Source: Paraspadella gotoi (taxonomy: Eukaryota; Animalia; Chaetognatha). From it: a stretch of DNA of 64,000 nt. Of the stretch, positions 24,593-40,058 are shown piece by piece. The notes below the pieces were generated by a model, which saw only the letters and a program-made list of their open reading frames with translations, had not been told where the DNA came from and searched no databases. Each line of letters starts with the position of its first letter. Position 1 is the stretch's first letter. The stretch is taken from positions 920,262 through 984,261 of the forward strand of contig JBJCIZ010000744.1 of the NCBI GenBank assembly GCA_051294375.1, given 5' to 3'. The translations under genes and the position numbers were made by a program.

Positions 24593-26441
24593 TGACAACA
24601 CAACAACCGATCCTAATTTTAAATCCACTCCATCACTCCCCTCTTCGCAACACCAGCCTTCTCCAGCGAGGCTCCCTCTGGCTGGAGAAAGTCCTCGTCG
24701 GGCCAAACCGTCGCCCGCGGATCTCGCATCGTGGAAACGCTCGTCAAAGATTTGATGGGGAAACTCGTTGGTCTCCCGAGGAGTCGGCGTCGCGCGATGA
24801 AAGACAGGGCATGCAGTTGCGGTTTCATGTCCTGTCGTCCAGAGGAAGAGGAGAGTGGAGGAGGAAGAAAGAAGATGGTGAGGATTTGTCGTCTTTGTTG
24901 AATTGAAACCAATGTAGAAGACGAAAATAGTAATAATAAAAGTAAGGAGAGAAGGTGAAGAATTGTTGACGATGTAAGCAGAAGTAGAAAAGAAGTGAGA
25001 CGAGCTCTCTCCTGATCCACTTTTATCATTCGCCCGGACCAATATTGACCTTACGGTCGCCTCGGCCTAATCTGCTGTGTCCGTCAATCTAAGGTCATTG
25101 CCAAAGCTATGGCAAAGTGACCGTGTTGATTGACCGGCTCGGGAAAGAGGAAAAGAGGAAGGGTTTTAGAGAGAGAGGACCGTTGGTAGTCGCCTCACCA
25201 ATGGTCCCGCGGTTTTTCTAGCCCTGTCGAAACAATCCGCGTTTAAACCACCCGATACCAATCTCCCCGTTGGATCAAAAGTTTCGGAAAAGAAAAAAAA
25301 TCTTTCAAATCTTCTGAACAGTGTGATAGCTATCCATAAAGTCCGAGGGGCATAGTGGACCACTTCTCCCGGTCACCTCGGAGTTTTAAATTTGTCAATG
25401 ATTCTGTTGTGAGGAAAAATAAAAATTTATTTTTTTTATTTATTCATTTATTCATTCATTCATTCACATTCATCTATTCTCCAGACGTCGACGACCCACG
25501 AAGAAGATGACGTCGACTCCGTCTCTCCTTTCCTCTTCCTCTTCCTCCTCCCTATTCTCCTCCCTCTTTCCTCCGGCGAACCCCCCAACTTCCCGTCGAC
25601 GCGCGCAGATGCCGTCCTCGGCCTCGACCGCCGTTGGAACGCCTCGTCAAGGGCCTGAGGCGGGCGACGCTCCCGCCTCATGTCTCAGAAATGAACTTCG
25701 GCCGATTTTCTTGGGATTTCGAGGCTGGGAAATTGGAGGGTGAGTTAAGGGTCGAGGGCGATGGTCGGAGGATGTCGGCCCAATGTAAAATGGCCGAATT
25801 AATTATTTTTAGGGCGAGAAAAGTTAAAAAAAAAAGGGACCAGGGTGTATTGTATTGCGTAATTAGATTGAAAGAAACTCAAGAGAAGCTCTTGGCCCTA
25901 AGCGATGATGCATTGATGATGATGATGATATGATGATGATGATGATGATGAAGAAGAAGAGGAGGAGGGTGTGCAGCAAGGAGAGAAGAAAGGAGACGTC
26001 AAGAACGCGAACATACTCCACTCTTATCCTTCCAAGTTTCACTCCAAATCCGGCGCCGACGACGCCGCCTTCCTCTTGCGTCGCCTCCGCCCGCGGCGCC
26101 CTCCTCGTCAATCTCTTTCTCTCCGTCGTCGCCGACGCCGGTTTTGACGAAGAAGACGCCGTCAAGATCATCGCGGAATCGACGACGCCGATCTCGTCCA
26201 ATCCGCGCCCTTTGGATCGGAGTGCGTCAAGGTCGACGCCGGCGTGTGGGTCGCGCGCGCCCGACTTCTCGAGAGGATCGTCCGCAGATTCGTCTTGAAG
26301 GCGATTCTCTGTCGACGAGCGGTCGTCGAGCGGAGAGGGGCACTGTTGTGAGATTAGGTTGCGTGGGAGAGTGTCTAGCGCTCGCTTTCCCCTCTCTTTC
26401 TTACTTTGTATCTTGTGTATTCTGCGTATTTTCTGCTCTCT

Positions 26442-26483
<42 letters not shown>

Positions 26484-26952
26484 CTCACTCTCATCATTTC
26501 TCCCTCCCCAGATGGAACCCCGAAGTTAACTTGCAAGACTACGGAGCCGCCGCTGAGGAAGAAGAAGAGGAGGAGGGAGAGAAGGGAGGCGAAGATTAAG
26601 AAGAGGAAAGAAGAAGATAGAGAGGGAGACAGAGAAGATGATAGAGAGGGAGAGTCTTCGTTTCTCAGAGAAGAAGTCGCTCGACATTTTCTCTCTTCGC
26701 CTTGGATCGAAAAGACTTACCCGTTGGAGAGGGTAATTGTGGCTGGGATGCGAGCCGTGCGAGTTGGGTGTAGGGGCTACGGACCCACGAGCATGTTCAG
26801 ATCGGTCCTGTCACCTTTAAGCCAAACCTTGATACCCAAGGATTGACACCCGGAACGTTCGTTTTGAGACCGAGATGATTTAGCGCAAACAGTTTTATTA
26901 AAAAATGCCAAAAATACTAAATGAGGATTTGTAATGAATGCTAATGTAATTA

Positions 26953-28292
26953 TGTAAGCGAGCTATTTTGCGTCCAAAAATAAACAGTAAACTTAGCTCT
27001 AGTAATAGGTTATTCCCATAATATATACCAATTTAACTTACTTGTTAGAATAAGAGATTGCTAACTTGCTGTGGTTCAGTAGTTAGAACTAGAATGCTTG
27101 AATGAGGCATATAGCTAGTTAAGGGAATGTAAAGTCATAAGCATAGATACCCTATGGAGGAAAGAAAGAGTCATATTAATAAACAATATAAAATGCTTCT
27201 AAACATAATTTCCTAAACCCAATAAGTAAGAACTAAGACCAGACGAGGATGGGGACTGCCATTATTTGGAAGTCACCTCTGTTCCAAGTCAAAAGCATAG
27301 AATTCATCCTTGAAGCTTTAAACTTATAATTGAAGTTGAAATACCTAATGAGTGCGGTTCCAATAAAGAATATTTATATAGTATGTGGGCTATTAATTGA
27401 TAATTATTTATTAATAAATGTCCCAAAACTCTCTAATCGAATTTACTATCATCAATAGCTTACACTAATGACAAAAGTTGAATTCGTTGAACATAGCAGA
27501 ACATGAAATGACACAGGAACAGGAATTTATATTATGGACAAGTTCAATGTCAATACGACAATATGCAAATAGATTGGATGAAACTCAAATCTTCATTCTT
27601 TGGTTGTATCAAAAGTTCCTTCCTTTACCACGTCACAAACCACGGGAAATCAAAACGTCCTCGTTTTGAAGCATGCTCGGTCCAGCGAAGTTGAAGCTCC
27701 AACAAAACGCGTGTTTCCACAAGGATTGGAGGCAGAAAATTTATAGATAGTTCTTGAATGAATTGGAATTGACAAGGAAGAATGCATAGAAAAGAGATGA
27801 ATTTAAGTGTGAAATGGTGAAAGAAAGTCAACAGAGTTTAAATTTGTCAACATGCATTTATGAAATTAGTAACAAAAATATGGTAATTCATGACACAAGC
27901 AACAACAAGAAGGGCTTACCAAATAATGCCGTTTGATAAGGCTCGGCAAGCGAGATTTTCCCCAAGGAGTCGCCCATTTCTTGTACTGCAAAGTAGTGCT
28001 TACTAGAAGCTAGCAAGTACATTTTTCCAGAAGTTTGACAAACCTTGGCATCTGACTGAGACTGACTGAAGGGTCATCTTAGCAATTACTTGCATAAAGC
28101 TTGACCAATATCCTGTTACCTTAACAATTTCCTTAGATACTTCACAATCTATCCTGAGTTGATCTTATATTTGCCACTAACAACTGAACCTTGCTTTTTT
28201 TTTTGTTTTTTTTTTTAGCTTTCAAGCAGTTACTTAAACAGAAGCAGACTTTGAAGATTGAGGTCAGGCAACAACCAATAATTTACAAGAAA

Positions 28293-28324
<32 letters not shown>

Positions 28325-31300
28325 TTATATGATATAATTTGCTCACTGAATAGTAGCCGTAAGGCTTAGCAAGAGCACATATACATATTTTTGCATAGCA
28401 AATGATGCCAAAGCTAGCATTATGCAAAAAATTTTTTTTTTTTTTTTTTTTTTGACAAGACGAGAGACAAAGGGGGGGCGGCTCCTATTTCCTTTTCCAT
28501 TTGAGACTTTGTAGAGAGATCGTACGGTCTTTTGCGCTTGTTTAAGTTATGATTGCAAAATCATAAAGTACTTATGTTTTATGATTTTGATGGTTATTAC
28601 ATTAATTCTGACAATTCTCTTTCTCTAGTCGCGAATGTACAGGTTCGTTCACATAAGCTGCCTCGACCTTGAAGGCCGTGCTTTGATAATTCTGTGATGG
28701 TTTCGGGGCCCTTAGATGCAAGTGGCTAGTGGAAAATGCGTCTGTTATATTTCGGGGTTTTGAACTTTATAAAATAGTTTGGCCTAAACTTGGAAATCAT
28801 TTTTCTTCCATAATATGTATAAATTCTCTTATCCTTAATTTTGGAAAAAAAGATTCATTTAACATGGGTTTTAGTAGATTTAGGGGAATTCAAGTTGCCT
28901 AACAGAAATATAGACTGTCTCTTACTGTAAATTACAGCATGAGTAGCTATTTTCTGGTTATGAAGGGATTGTTATGATTGTAACGAGTGTTCGATAAACT
29001 TAATAGATTTGTATTCTGTAACAGCAGAGGACGCTGTATTGAGGTCCGGTACGGATTTGAACGAGAATAGTGGTGGAGTGGTTGGGATAAGCAGTGTTGG
29101 ATGGGGCAACCGGTTGCAGATCGAAGTGGGTAGAATGTTTCTTGGGAGAACAATTGGTCTGAGCAGACAATTTAATTTATATCAAAAAACTTTTGTTAAA
29201 TAGCTGATAGGTCGGAAAAATATCTTTAAAGTAGAAAATTATTTTGTTTGTTTAAATATTGCATCATAGACAAAACGTTAAACCCTTGAGCAAAGCTCTT
29301 CACCTTCAATTTGATTAAACTTGTATTGCGCGACGTGAACATTTCTAAGTATCTTCTTCTATGGCGTTTCAAAGGAGTAGAGTAGAGGATTACGTAGTCC
29401 ATAAGAAGTGACAAGGATGTATCTGAGCATTTATTTCTGGCTGGAGATAGATTATCTGCATTATGATCGGTGATCTCCAGGAATTGATGGCCAGCTGGTA
29501 GGAAGAGAGAAGGTCTGTGATTGGCCATGGATTTTATCCTTTAAAAGACCAATTCTTGAAGTTTACTGCAAAAGTGAGATAATGTTTGTAAAAGTTTTCT
29601 TTTAGATAAATTATAGTTATTTTATTTGAGAAGTTAATTGCGTTTATTGATAAGCAGACTGCAGTATTAAAAATTCTGGTTTTTATCTTCTGTAAGAATC
29701 GACATTTGTAAAACAAAAAATCAGTGGTGTCATCTGGTGAGCGGTCTGTGTTCTGAATGAACTCTCGGAAGATGGCTTCCAGTCTTTGTTTGCAAGGATT
29801 AAAAACCGATCTTTGCTTAATTTTGGTCTTTCTGACGATATCTTGAATAATTTGAAACGCTTTTTACATAAAATCTTATGAGCTGACTGTGGCGCGAACT
29901 TATTTAAACTCTTCTAAACAATTGTATATGTCTGTTTAAGCTTCTTATCTGTTAGCTTGAATTTAGAAATATCTGTAATATTTAAAATTTTTTCTTAGAA
30001 TGGTCATCAGGTTTAATATCTTGCTCTGAATTCGAGATAGTAAATGACTTCTATTTATTTTCACTTATTATGGAATATGGCGGGACCAATTACCCCGTGT
30101 GTCGTGCGACATATTTGGGAAACAAAAATTCTGATTCTTTCTACTGTCTGGTTGCACTTCAAGGGCCGTAAGTTTCTTCATGCGAGAGGATGGTGATCTT
30201 GATTGTTTGTACTGATGTTGGTATGAGTGTTTGTTTCTGAGATTTTTCCTTTTGTTGCGTTGAGCATTGAAAGTTCGTTGATGACATCTTTCTGTTCCCA
30301 TTGTGTCTTTTTCTGGCTCGCGGATGGGTTTAGCTAGAAGCATAAGCATTATTAAATTGGTCATAAATCTATGTTGAATAGCCATTTTCTCTTTATGTTT
30401 CTTTGAATTATTTCCTACTTTTATGGTTTGAATTACTGAGTTTACTGAAATTGTCTATTTCCAAACATCTATTAAAAATTAAAAGACCATCAAATGTTAA
30501 CAGGTGAAAGTAAGGGTCCTGAGCTGAATAAAATATACATGCTGTGCCGTCCCATGTGTTTATTTTCTCTGATTTCTGAATTCCAGGGCCAGCAAGGCGT
30601 GTTGTCTGTCCTTTTCCATGACTATTGGGATTGCATTAGGGCTGGAGGAGTAAACGGAAATCAAAGACCTTCCTTAATCCCATAAGTTTGCTTGAGGGCG
30701 TGCAAATTCCGAGAACCTTGCTTTGTAACGGATTTGCTTTGAACAAGATAGGAGATGTCGATATATCTTGGCTACGTCGCGTGTATAAAAATGAAACTTC
30801 TCAATCAATGCATTTTATGTCTCCTAGGTGGCTGGCTTGCTACGAATAAGATGTTAGGATGCCCATGAACATGGCATTGAATTTGGGAGGTAGAAATTTT
30901 TTTGACTGAGTATTTGGGATCGTAGTCTAACCTTTTTGGTAACCTGTTAAGCAGAAGTCCGTCTTTACCACAATGGTTCTGACTTGTTTGTTCATGAGTT
31001 GTTATAGCTAAAATTGGATGACACAGACTTTATTTCCAATGTTTCTTATCATCTCGGACTCGCGTATCAGGTCCCACGACTGAGGAGTTTTGCCTTTTCT
31101 TGTTCTTTATCCGCCGCCTTGATAATTTTCATCATCTTCATTTGACAGAATGTCCTTGTTGTCTACAAAAATTAACGTCATCCATGTTTATATTCAACCT
31201 GCAAATTTTGTCTTCATTTAGCACAATTCAGCTTTCCTTATTTTAGCGTCGTTCAATATTGTTTTTTGCTGTTGCCTCTTTCATTTTTTCGTCTTGTTCT

Positions 31301-34300
31301 TTTCTGCCGATTAACTTTCTTCTTTGGGCTTTTGGGATGGTTTCTGGCCCGGGAGTGCAAGTAAAATTTTGTGGGTATTGCTTGAATTGTTCAGGGCTTT
31401 CAACAAAAATCCGCCAAAGCCAGTCCATCCGGGAGGGTGTTTCTTTGCGGAGGGAGAAGGGGGTGGGCCACTGAGGGAGAAATTTTTCTAGGTCACATGG
31501 GTAGACATTGGAGCGGGATGAGACGAGGAAAAGTCGATTCCGCTTCCTTCATTGTTATTTCTTATTTTCACAAAACGGCGTTTTCCATTCTGGAGTTTTA
31601 ATCAAAAAAATGAATTTCACTGGGAAAAGAAAATGGGGGAAGATTATTGGGGTGCCGCTTTGCAAGAAAATTTATATATAAAACAGAAGAGACAATTTAT
31701 TTGCTATAGGAATAAGGTAGGACCGACAAGTGAATTATTTGTCTGGAGTTGCTTGTTTCAGCCTCGTCATTGCGCACCCAAAAGGAGCTCATAGATATTG
31801 AGAGCGCGGTGTTGTACTATTTTTCTCTATAATAAAGAGAATACCATCATGGGGTTTTCCCAGGTTGTGCTATTTCCTGGACACCAGGATTTTGAGTGTT
31901 CATTTCTTTTTTAAGGATTTAATTTATAATCTTTTCTAATTTCTGACCCATCATTATCAGAGATTATTTTGGTCACTTAATTTCGGAAATATACTTTTAC
32001 TTTTAGATTTGATTCATTAGATTTTATTTCTTTAAGGTTAAAGGAATTATCACTAGTATTTTTGTTTACGGTTTTACGAAAGTTAATAATGAGGTTTCTC
32101 TCGATGGAGGAAGCGGTAATAGGATCTTTTCCTGGGAGAGCAAAGATTATAGAGAGCATTCTAAGGATTTATAATTCACCAGGCACCAGGCGCCGAATGG
32201 GGTTGATGTTTTCTAGCAACAAAACTTCATCAAGTCCAACAATTTGTTTGCTTGATTATGGTTTTTCTTCCAGTTGAAAACGGTCTTGTTCTATATCAGG
32301 ATCTTCTTCCAGTGAAGGATTGGTAGAATCAAATGAGAAACGCGGCGAGACAGAAGTATAGCTTTTTGTTGGGCTACTTGTGCTGGTCATTTTGATTGAG
32401 TGGGGGCTTGTGTTGGTTGTTTTTAGGATGCGTTTCACTTTTGTTGCTTTGGGTGTTGGATTTTGCTTTGTAGACCGAGGGTTGAATGTAGACGAATTCT
32501 TGGTACTGGAGAATGGTTTTAATTGATTGTGGTGTTGGTAGATTTTGAACCATCAGGTTTTTTGCAAATGTAATTAACTGTGGAGGTTTCCCGTCCTTTG
32601 TAGTTTTCTTACTGATAATTGTAGAGTGGACCGTTCCAGTCGGGGGTTAATTTTTCTGAATGTTACGTGGTTGAAATTCCCATACTTTGTCACCTTCTCG
32701 GTAGGGCTGATATTTCATTATAGTTTATCATATTTGGTGTTTTTTTGCTTTTCTTTGGCTTGTTGTATTTCTTTTTGTGATTTTCTTTTAGAGTGATGTT
32801 GAAATGTTTATTATATCACTAATGTATTGTTTAAACTGAGAGTTTTGGATTTTTGGAAGGGATGATTCTGTTCGGATGGGAATGTTCGCTCCTCAGACGC
32901 ATGTTCATGAAAAGGGCGGTCTGTTTAGTGGTGCTATGAGGGGTGTGTTCATGGCATATTGGTAGAAATGGCAATTGCTTCGGCCACTGACCTGTTTGTC
33001 TTTGTGCAGAAGACGTTTTGGTTAGCCTCTGCAATAATTGAACGATTATGCCTTTCTGTGGCTCCTGGGATACTGTGGATGTATAATGAGGTGAATGTGA
33101 TTTATGAATGTTCATAAATTTGCAAGGACCTGCATTGATTTCGTCATAACGCCGCCGTTATCTGTGGTGATGCATTCTGGCGGACCATGTCTGAGAATAG
33201 ATCTTGGCAAGCGATCTGCTATATTCTTCAGCCTGTCTTACTTTTTTGTTGCATAAAAGTTCTTCATTTTGTAAAATTATCAGTGTCACCCAAGATCTAT
33301 TGAAGCCTCTATGTGAAAGAGGAGTTTCAATAGATCTGCTTGTATCTTGCTGCGATAGGTCTAACGACTTCCAAAGGTACTAAGCGGTGCTTTATTGGTG
33401 GGATTTTGGTTCTCTGAGACATTGGCATTCATAGCAATTCTCCCACGTAATTGTCTTGTCTACCACAAATTGGGCAAATGGCCCATATGGTTGATGGTTT
33501 CATTCATCTTTTGTTTTGATTGGTGTGACCAGTAAATGAGTTCCATCCGTTTCTTTAGGATATTTTCCACAACAGTGGATGGGGACAATGGTTTTGTAGA
33601 TGAGAAAAGGAAATCAGGATGTTTGGTTGGCAGATAGAGAACATTCAATCCTTGAGTTGTAGCTGGGTATTGTTTTGCGTACCATTTGTTCGGTGACAGA
33701 ACCTTTGATCTGTCGTTTCTTTCTGTTGTGTGTTGATTTTGTTGAATGACTGACATTATGTCAGGGTCATTTCTTTGTGTGTTTGAGATGTTCTAAAGAT
33801 TGTTCTTCACAAAGGATGTTTAACAAGTTGTGGTGGTCATCTTTCTGTTACTCCCAAGCAGAACATCGTCTGTTTTGTTTGTATGTTTGATTGATTGGTT
33901 TCCTCAATTTGGATATCTTTTTAAAAATGATTCAAATTTTTTCTTGTCCTGTGAATGGATTCATTAGTGGTTATCAGAGGGTCTCCGTGACATTGCGTCA
34001 GCATCTCCAATGCTTTTGCCAGGCTCGATGTAATAAGTGAAAGAGAAGGGTGTTTAGAAATACTTGCCCCAGCGAGAGCGTCTTCCGTGGGATCTTTCCG
34101 GGTGGTATTTCTTGTTTGTTCCAACTTAGCATGGCTTGTGATCAGCTGATTGCTGTGAAGTGTTTATTTACAGGTTAGTGGCGGTAGCTTTAATCCAATT
34201 ATAGAGTAGAAAAATTCTCGCCGTCAAAAGTTAGCCCATTTTGTTGCCTTTCAGACAGCTTTTGGAGTCATAACAGATGACCTTTTCTTTGTCATGTTTT

Positions 34301-37300
34301 GTAGAAGGAACCATTCAATTGCTTCTAAACTGGCATCTCCTAAGGATAAAATTCCTTGTTTGAAAAATCTGGATAGGCCGACCTATGGAATCTGATGTTA
34401 GGGCTTTGAGCAATTGCTCGGAATGCTATTTTGACATTTTTCATTTCCATTGGAAAGGTTGACTTCCTTCTTTGTCAGATCCGTTAAGGGAGCAGCAATT
34501 TTTGAGAAGTCTTTTATTGAAGTGGCGATAAGAAGGATGCCAATCCAAGGATGGCCTCTGCGTCCTTCACATTCTTTGGTATTGGCCCAAGGCCTGGATT
34601 TTTTCAAGGTTCTTGCGGATTATGGAGGATATTCCTTCACCAGAGAGAGAAAGCCAAGGCTGACGACTTGCTTCTGCAGAAAAAGGATTTTTCTGGATGA
34701 AGTTTTGGTTTGGCATTCTCTGAGAGCGGTTCAGGACTCTGTCTAGCATTTGAGTGGGTCCTGTAAATTGAGTGAGGCTATCAAGTATGTCGTCGAGAAA
34801 AGTGAGGAGGTGTTCTGGTGAAAAGTCTTTGAATATGAGCTGCATTTCATTGCATTCATTGGTTTGATGTGGAGTTAAGTTCACCCATTGGCAAGCGACA
34901 CATCTCCCAATGTCTGGATGGTGTGCTGAAACGTAAAATTTTCTATTGAGATTTGGCTATGGGGATTTTGGTAAAATCCTTTAAGGAGGTCCATTTGTTG
35001 AAAAAATATTTTGCCTTTTAATTCTTTGATAGGCAATCTGATATGTGTCCATTGGATAATTGGTATTTTCTGATTGTTCATTTGAGTTTCCTGGAGGTTC
35101 CACTTACGAAATCTATCTTTTCGCATTTCTTTCTTTGGGACCAAGATAATTGGGAAATTCGTATGGACTCTCTGAAGGGTTGGCAAATACCTTCGCCAAG
35201 GCTGTCCACTTTTTTTCTATTCTTCAGCCATTTCTGGCGTGCAACGAAATTTGTGGTACTCTTATGGGTGGGCCTGGCTTCAATTTTGCATAATGTTTTG
35301 CCAGAGTAGCTTTTCCCATTGTCTTTATCATGCCATGCAAAGCCTTAGAGTGTTTGACTTTTTAATAAATTACTTAGTCTTGTGGTTTCGCATCTGGAAT
35401 TTCTGCTTTGGAGAGATCAGATGTGAATTGATTTTTCCCTGTTTAGTTTCAGGGATTTGTGTGCTGAGATTTAGTTTGGTTGATTATGGTTATCTGGGAT
35501 GTTAAACAATTCATCAACAAACGAAAGAAAAGTTGGATCTTCTGAGGCTGATGGTCACAAATTCAAATGAGGACAGAAGTGTATTTTGCATTAATTAATT
35601 ACTGGAGTGGGAAAAAACAGTTAAAGCACTTCCACATAGGTGATTCCTTCATTGACAGATGACAATGAGGCACCAACCAGTTACTCCTTGTGTGGGCGAA
35701 TATTTCTTGTAAAGGTTGAGATATGCATAAAGGGTTTCCCCAATTTTTGTAGAGATTCTTGGTTCCAGTATGAATTACAGCCTTAATGGGCATACGAGAA
35801 AAAGGAGGAATAACTACAGATTCAAAGGAGGAGAGGTGGGGAGTATTTCAATTGTGAATGGTTTTCAAAAATGGGATGTCAATGTCTTTCATTCTTGAAG
35901 TTGGCCTTTGTCTAAGGTCTATTGATGGATCGGTGATGGCAAAGGAAATCCATTCCTCTAAACTATTGTTTAACTAAACCTCTCATTACTCTAGCATTTA
36001 CAAAGAAGGAAACGTCATTATTGAGAATTCGGCTGAATGAGGCCCGATTGTTGGACTATGCTGGAGCCAATCAATGGAGTGACCTACATTTGTTTGTGGT
36101 TTGAAATGGGACATGTTGTAAATGAGGGTTCTTTGGATGAATGCTTCGCGGACACAAGTAGTTGGAACATCCTGTATCTATGAGGTTAAATGGATTCTGT
36201 TTTACATTTACATAGATCTCTGTAATTATGTCTGGCTTTGGTAAAGGTTTAAGTGAGCCTTACAAGGATATCCGACTATATCGTGGCTTGCGTTATGGCT
36301 CGGATCCTAGAAATCCTCTTGATGGTTTTGAAGGATGAGGAGAGCTCTGCGGGCGTCTGTAAGGAGATTCATGGCTGTTGTGATTGCATGGATGCTCTGG
36401 TGTTTGCATAAGTGGAGGGCTTTTGGGATCTTGGTAGCTTCTGTTGCTAGAGCTTCTGTAGTCTCTGATTCTTGAGCTGTTGTCTCGACGTCTGTCTTCA
36501 AATTCTAGTTTTCCAACAAATTGAGGGTTTCTGCCTTCCCGATTGTCTTGAATAGGTCTCTTCTTTGGATATAGGTTGCCTGGGCTATGTTGCCCACCCC
36601 AGCTTGTTATTCCTGGGGTCGCGAGGGCTGTACGATATCTGTCTCTTGGCATGCCGGTAATGGAGTCGCCAAATTGCGGTTGTATTCCTAGAATGCATCC
36701 CTGCGGTATCCTCTGCTGCGCGTAACCACGGTCTTCATTAGCCGGTCATAACGTCTCCTGTCATCCCGAATCTGTCATGGCAGGAGAAGCGGGTATCTAT
36801 ACTCTCTTTGCCTTCTTTCTGATTTTCATCTCTTCCAATGTTGCGGGTGATGTGGCATTTATTTCTTTTTGTGTTTCCAGGGCTTTGCTGTAGTAAGGTC
36901 AAGTTGTGTTATTTTTGTTAGTGAGTTGCTTCCATCTCATTGTCTCTTCATAGCAGTCCTTAAAATGAGACTGTTTGAGTCCCGTTATACCTGCCCAAGC
37001 TGCAGCAAATGGTTAATTACCATCTGATTTCTCCAATAGTTTCTTTCCACTTTTCTTGCTCGTTCACGGGCTTTAGTGATTTGTCATAAGGGTGCGAGGA
37101 GCTAAGCCGACTTCTACAAAGGGACTTGTAGTCAGGAGGTAGTCCCTGCAATTGAAAGTTTGTGGATTTCCTGTTTGAAACAGCTCTGGATTTGTGCTAC
37201 CAATGGGATGAAGAGAGCGTGTGTCTGTTAATCACTTGGTTTTCAAAGACATGTAAAGGGACTTCACCATCCATTTAAGGGCGTCTAGATGTCTGAAACT

Positions 37301-37847
37301 ATTTGTTTCTGGAGGGATCCGATAGCTTGGAGATGAGCTCGGCCTTTAGTGCTGGCATTGTTTTCCAGAGCCTTCATATAGCTTGTAGGCCCAAATCATC
37401 AATGTTGCGTATGGTAAGTGTTTGAGCATGCATTTTGCTTTGGATTGGGTTGGTGGCATCATCTGGGTAGGGCTCTTGCAACAACAGCAAGGGATCATTA
37501 TTTGGTTAACCAAATTCAATGTCTTTGTTTGTCGGTTTATAGAGAATGGTTTTGATGTCCAATTCTTGCGGTAGAATCCTTTGTGAGTATGCGTGGAAGT
37601 GAAAAGAAATTGAATGTTGGAAAGTTTTTTTTTTTTTTTTTTTTTTTTTTGAGACAAGCAAATGTTGTTGAAGTAAATCAACTAACCTGTCAGCGAAGTT
37701 CTTGGTGTACTAGAAAATTATTCACCAATTAGAGAAATGGTGGTGTTTACCCATGAAGGAAATCACAACTCTATTAATAGAGGGAGGATAAAATTCTTAT
37801 AATATTTATATTCTAAGTTAAGTTATGTGTTATTCAATGTTGGAAAA

Positions 37848-37879
<32 letters not shown>

Positions 37880-40058
37880 GATGTACAGGCCCAAGACCAA
37901 ATTAAAGACGGAATTAAAAAAAAACCCAAAATTGGTTGGACAAGCAATAGCGTGAAATTAATCAACATAGCCTGTTCCACAAAAAATGCTTTAAAAAAAA
38001 ATAGAGAAATAGTCGGTTCCCGAAAAGATGCCGGATTATCTAATGGATTTTAAAATTTAAAATGGTTACCCGAATTCAAGCCTAAAGTCAAATTTGTATA
38101 GCTACGAGAATGGGGTTTGGTCAAATGAAAAAGAAAATTGTGAAAATGATTTAAATTTAAATACTATTGGCACAAAATTTACGGATCAAGCACAAAACCT
38201 AACCTGACAGGAGCGATGAATGAACAATTGGAATTAGCAGTTTGTTCTAATTGTAATATTGGTTAAGAACTGCAGGAGAGAGAGGTGTTGCTGGCACACA
38301 GGTAAGATGGGTTATTATGATGAGACTTCAATGTTAAGTAGGCGAGCAGCAAGAAAACTTGACAGAAAATAAAATCTTATTTTAATTGATCTAGTGTGCC
38401 ATTTGAAAATTATATCATCTAAATAACCAGACATTTTTGAAACCGAAATATTAAAATTGTTTTTAAAAAGAAAATTTTGCCAAATGTGCACGTCCACGAC
38501 AAGATCAGAGGAGTTGGATGGCAACTTAATGTCCCAAACTAAAGGACGAGGAATTGGAGTTGGGTTCCACTGAAGAGAATTAATTATCTGAGATAAATGG
38601 TGTAAAAGAGTGTTGCAAAAAATAAAAAAGGACATCTAAACCATTATGAGTTACGTCGGAAATTATTTCATAGAGCAGTAGAGATTTAAAAAAGTTTTGT
38701 AGTCGCTTCACAAGTCTTTAAGCCTCTGTATCTTTCCGAGATAAGTGGAGTGGCATGTGGTGTCCAGGCCCACGGCGAATCCACGGTGGCTATTAAACGA
38801 AAGAGAACGACTGTTTGGAGGTAGACGAGTAAATTTTGAGGCGATGTATAAGGAGACAGAAAGACACCAAAGGGAAGTCACGTTTATTGTAGTTGGGCCC
38901 CAATTGTTATTAGTTTGCGGTGTCCCTTGACACAGGAAAAGGGGATCCTGTTAGAAAACCCTTGAATGGGACTTGTCCCAAACCCTCTATGGCAGGTAAA
39001 TGTTAGTTTGAAGAAATCCGATGTAAACGAAGTGAAGCGAGGTAGTTGGAGTTGAAGTTGAATTGGGGCTGAGGCACACAAACACTGCTTGGCCTGAAAG
39101 TAGTGAAGGACAAGAAGTTGAAAATATTGGCACAGTTGTTGACACTTCATAAATTGTGGATTGAAGTTGCAGTAACAAGCTGGCCACTATTTCTCAAGAA
39201 AATACTGCTGTCCAGGACCGGGAGAACGGTAGGGAAAATAAAATAAATTGTTTAAATTATATTAAAGTTGAGTTGCAATTAGCATAAATGAATAAGGTAT
39301 AGGCCTATTACTATTCCTAATAATTTAAAGTTAAAGTATTAAAGCATAAGCTAGCAGAGAGAGGGAAGCTCAGGTAAATATCTAAAAAAGAGGCTTTACC
39401 TTTTTAAAACCGGCCCTATATGCACCATGTAAGGCGAGTATTTGCGTCCTAATAATAACAGTAAACTTAGCTCTAGTAGGTTTCCCAAATAAATATACAA
39501 TTAACTTACTTGAGAATAAGAGATGCTAACTTGCTGTGTTTCAGTAGTAGAATTGCTTTGAAGCATATAAGCTAGCGTTAAGGGAAGTAAAGTCATATAA
39601 GCAATAGATACCCTTGGGAGGAAAAGAAAGAGTCTTTATTAATAAACATATATAAAATGCTTCTAACACAATTCTCTAACCCAATAAGTAAAATAAGACC
39701 AGAGAGGATGGGATGCCATATTGGAAGCCAAACTCTGTCCAAGGTTAAACAAACATAGAATTCATCCTGAAGCTTTACACTTAATTGAAATACCTAAGAG
39801 TTGGGTTTCCATTAAGAATATCGGTTATAAGTTTAGTTAATATGATTAATATATTCATTAATAAATGTCCCAAATCTCTCTAAGTCATTTACTATCATCA
39901 ATAGCTACACTAATCGGATAAAAGTGAATTCGTGAATGAGAAAATGAAATTGACACAGGAAACAGAATTTTATGACAAGTCAATGTCATACGACAATATG
40001 CAAATGAGATTGATGAACTCATCTTCTTCTTGGTTGTATCCTCCGCTTCCTTCCTTTA
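26953..40058 (-). mobile_element. Mirror copy of the Ty3/Gypsy element (LTRs 26953-27630 and 39428-40058; pol ~32505-36235)
   Basis: Exact reverse complement of 4277-17382 (coordinate sum 44335), with identical ORF translations. Confidence 0.9.

Noticed and set aside
4277-40058. Two independent head-to-head Gypsy insertions, or a giant TIR element
   Set aside because: Flanking host DNA and all errors are mirrored too, so this is one duplicated segment.
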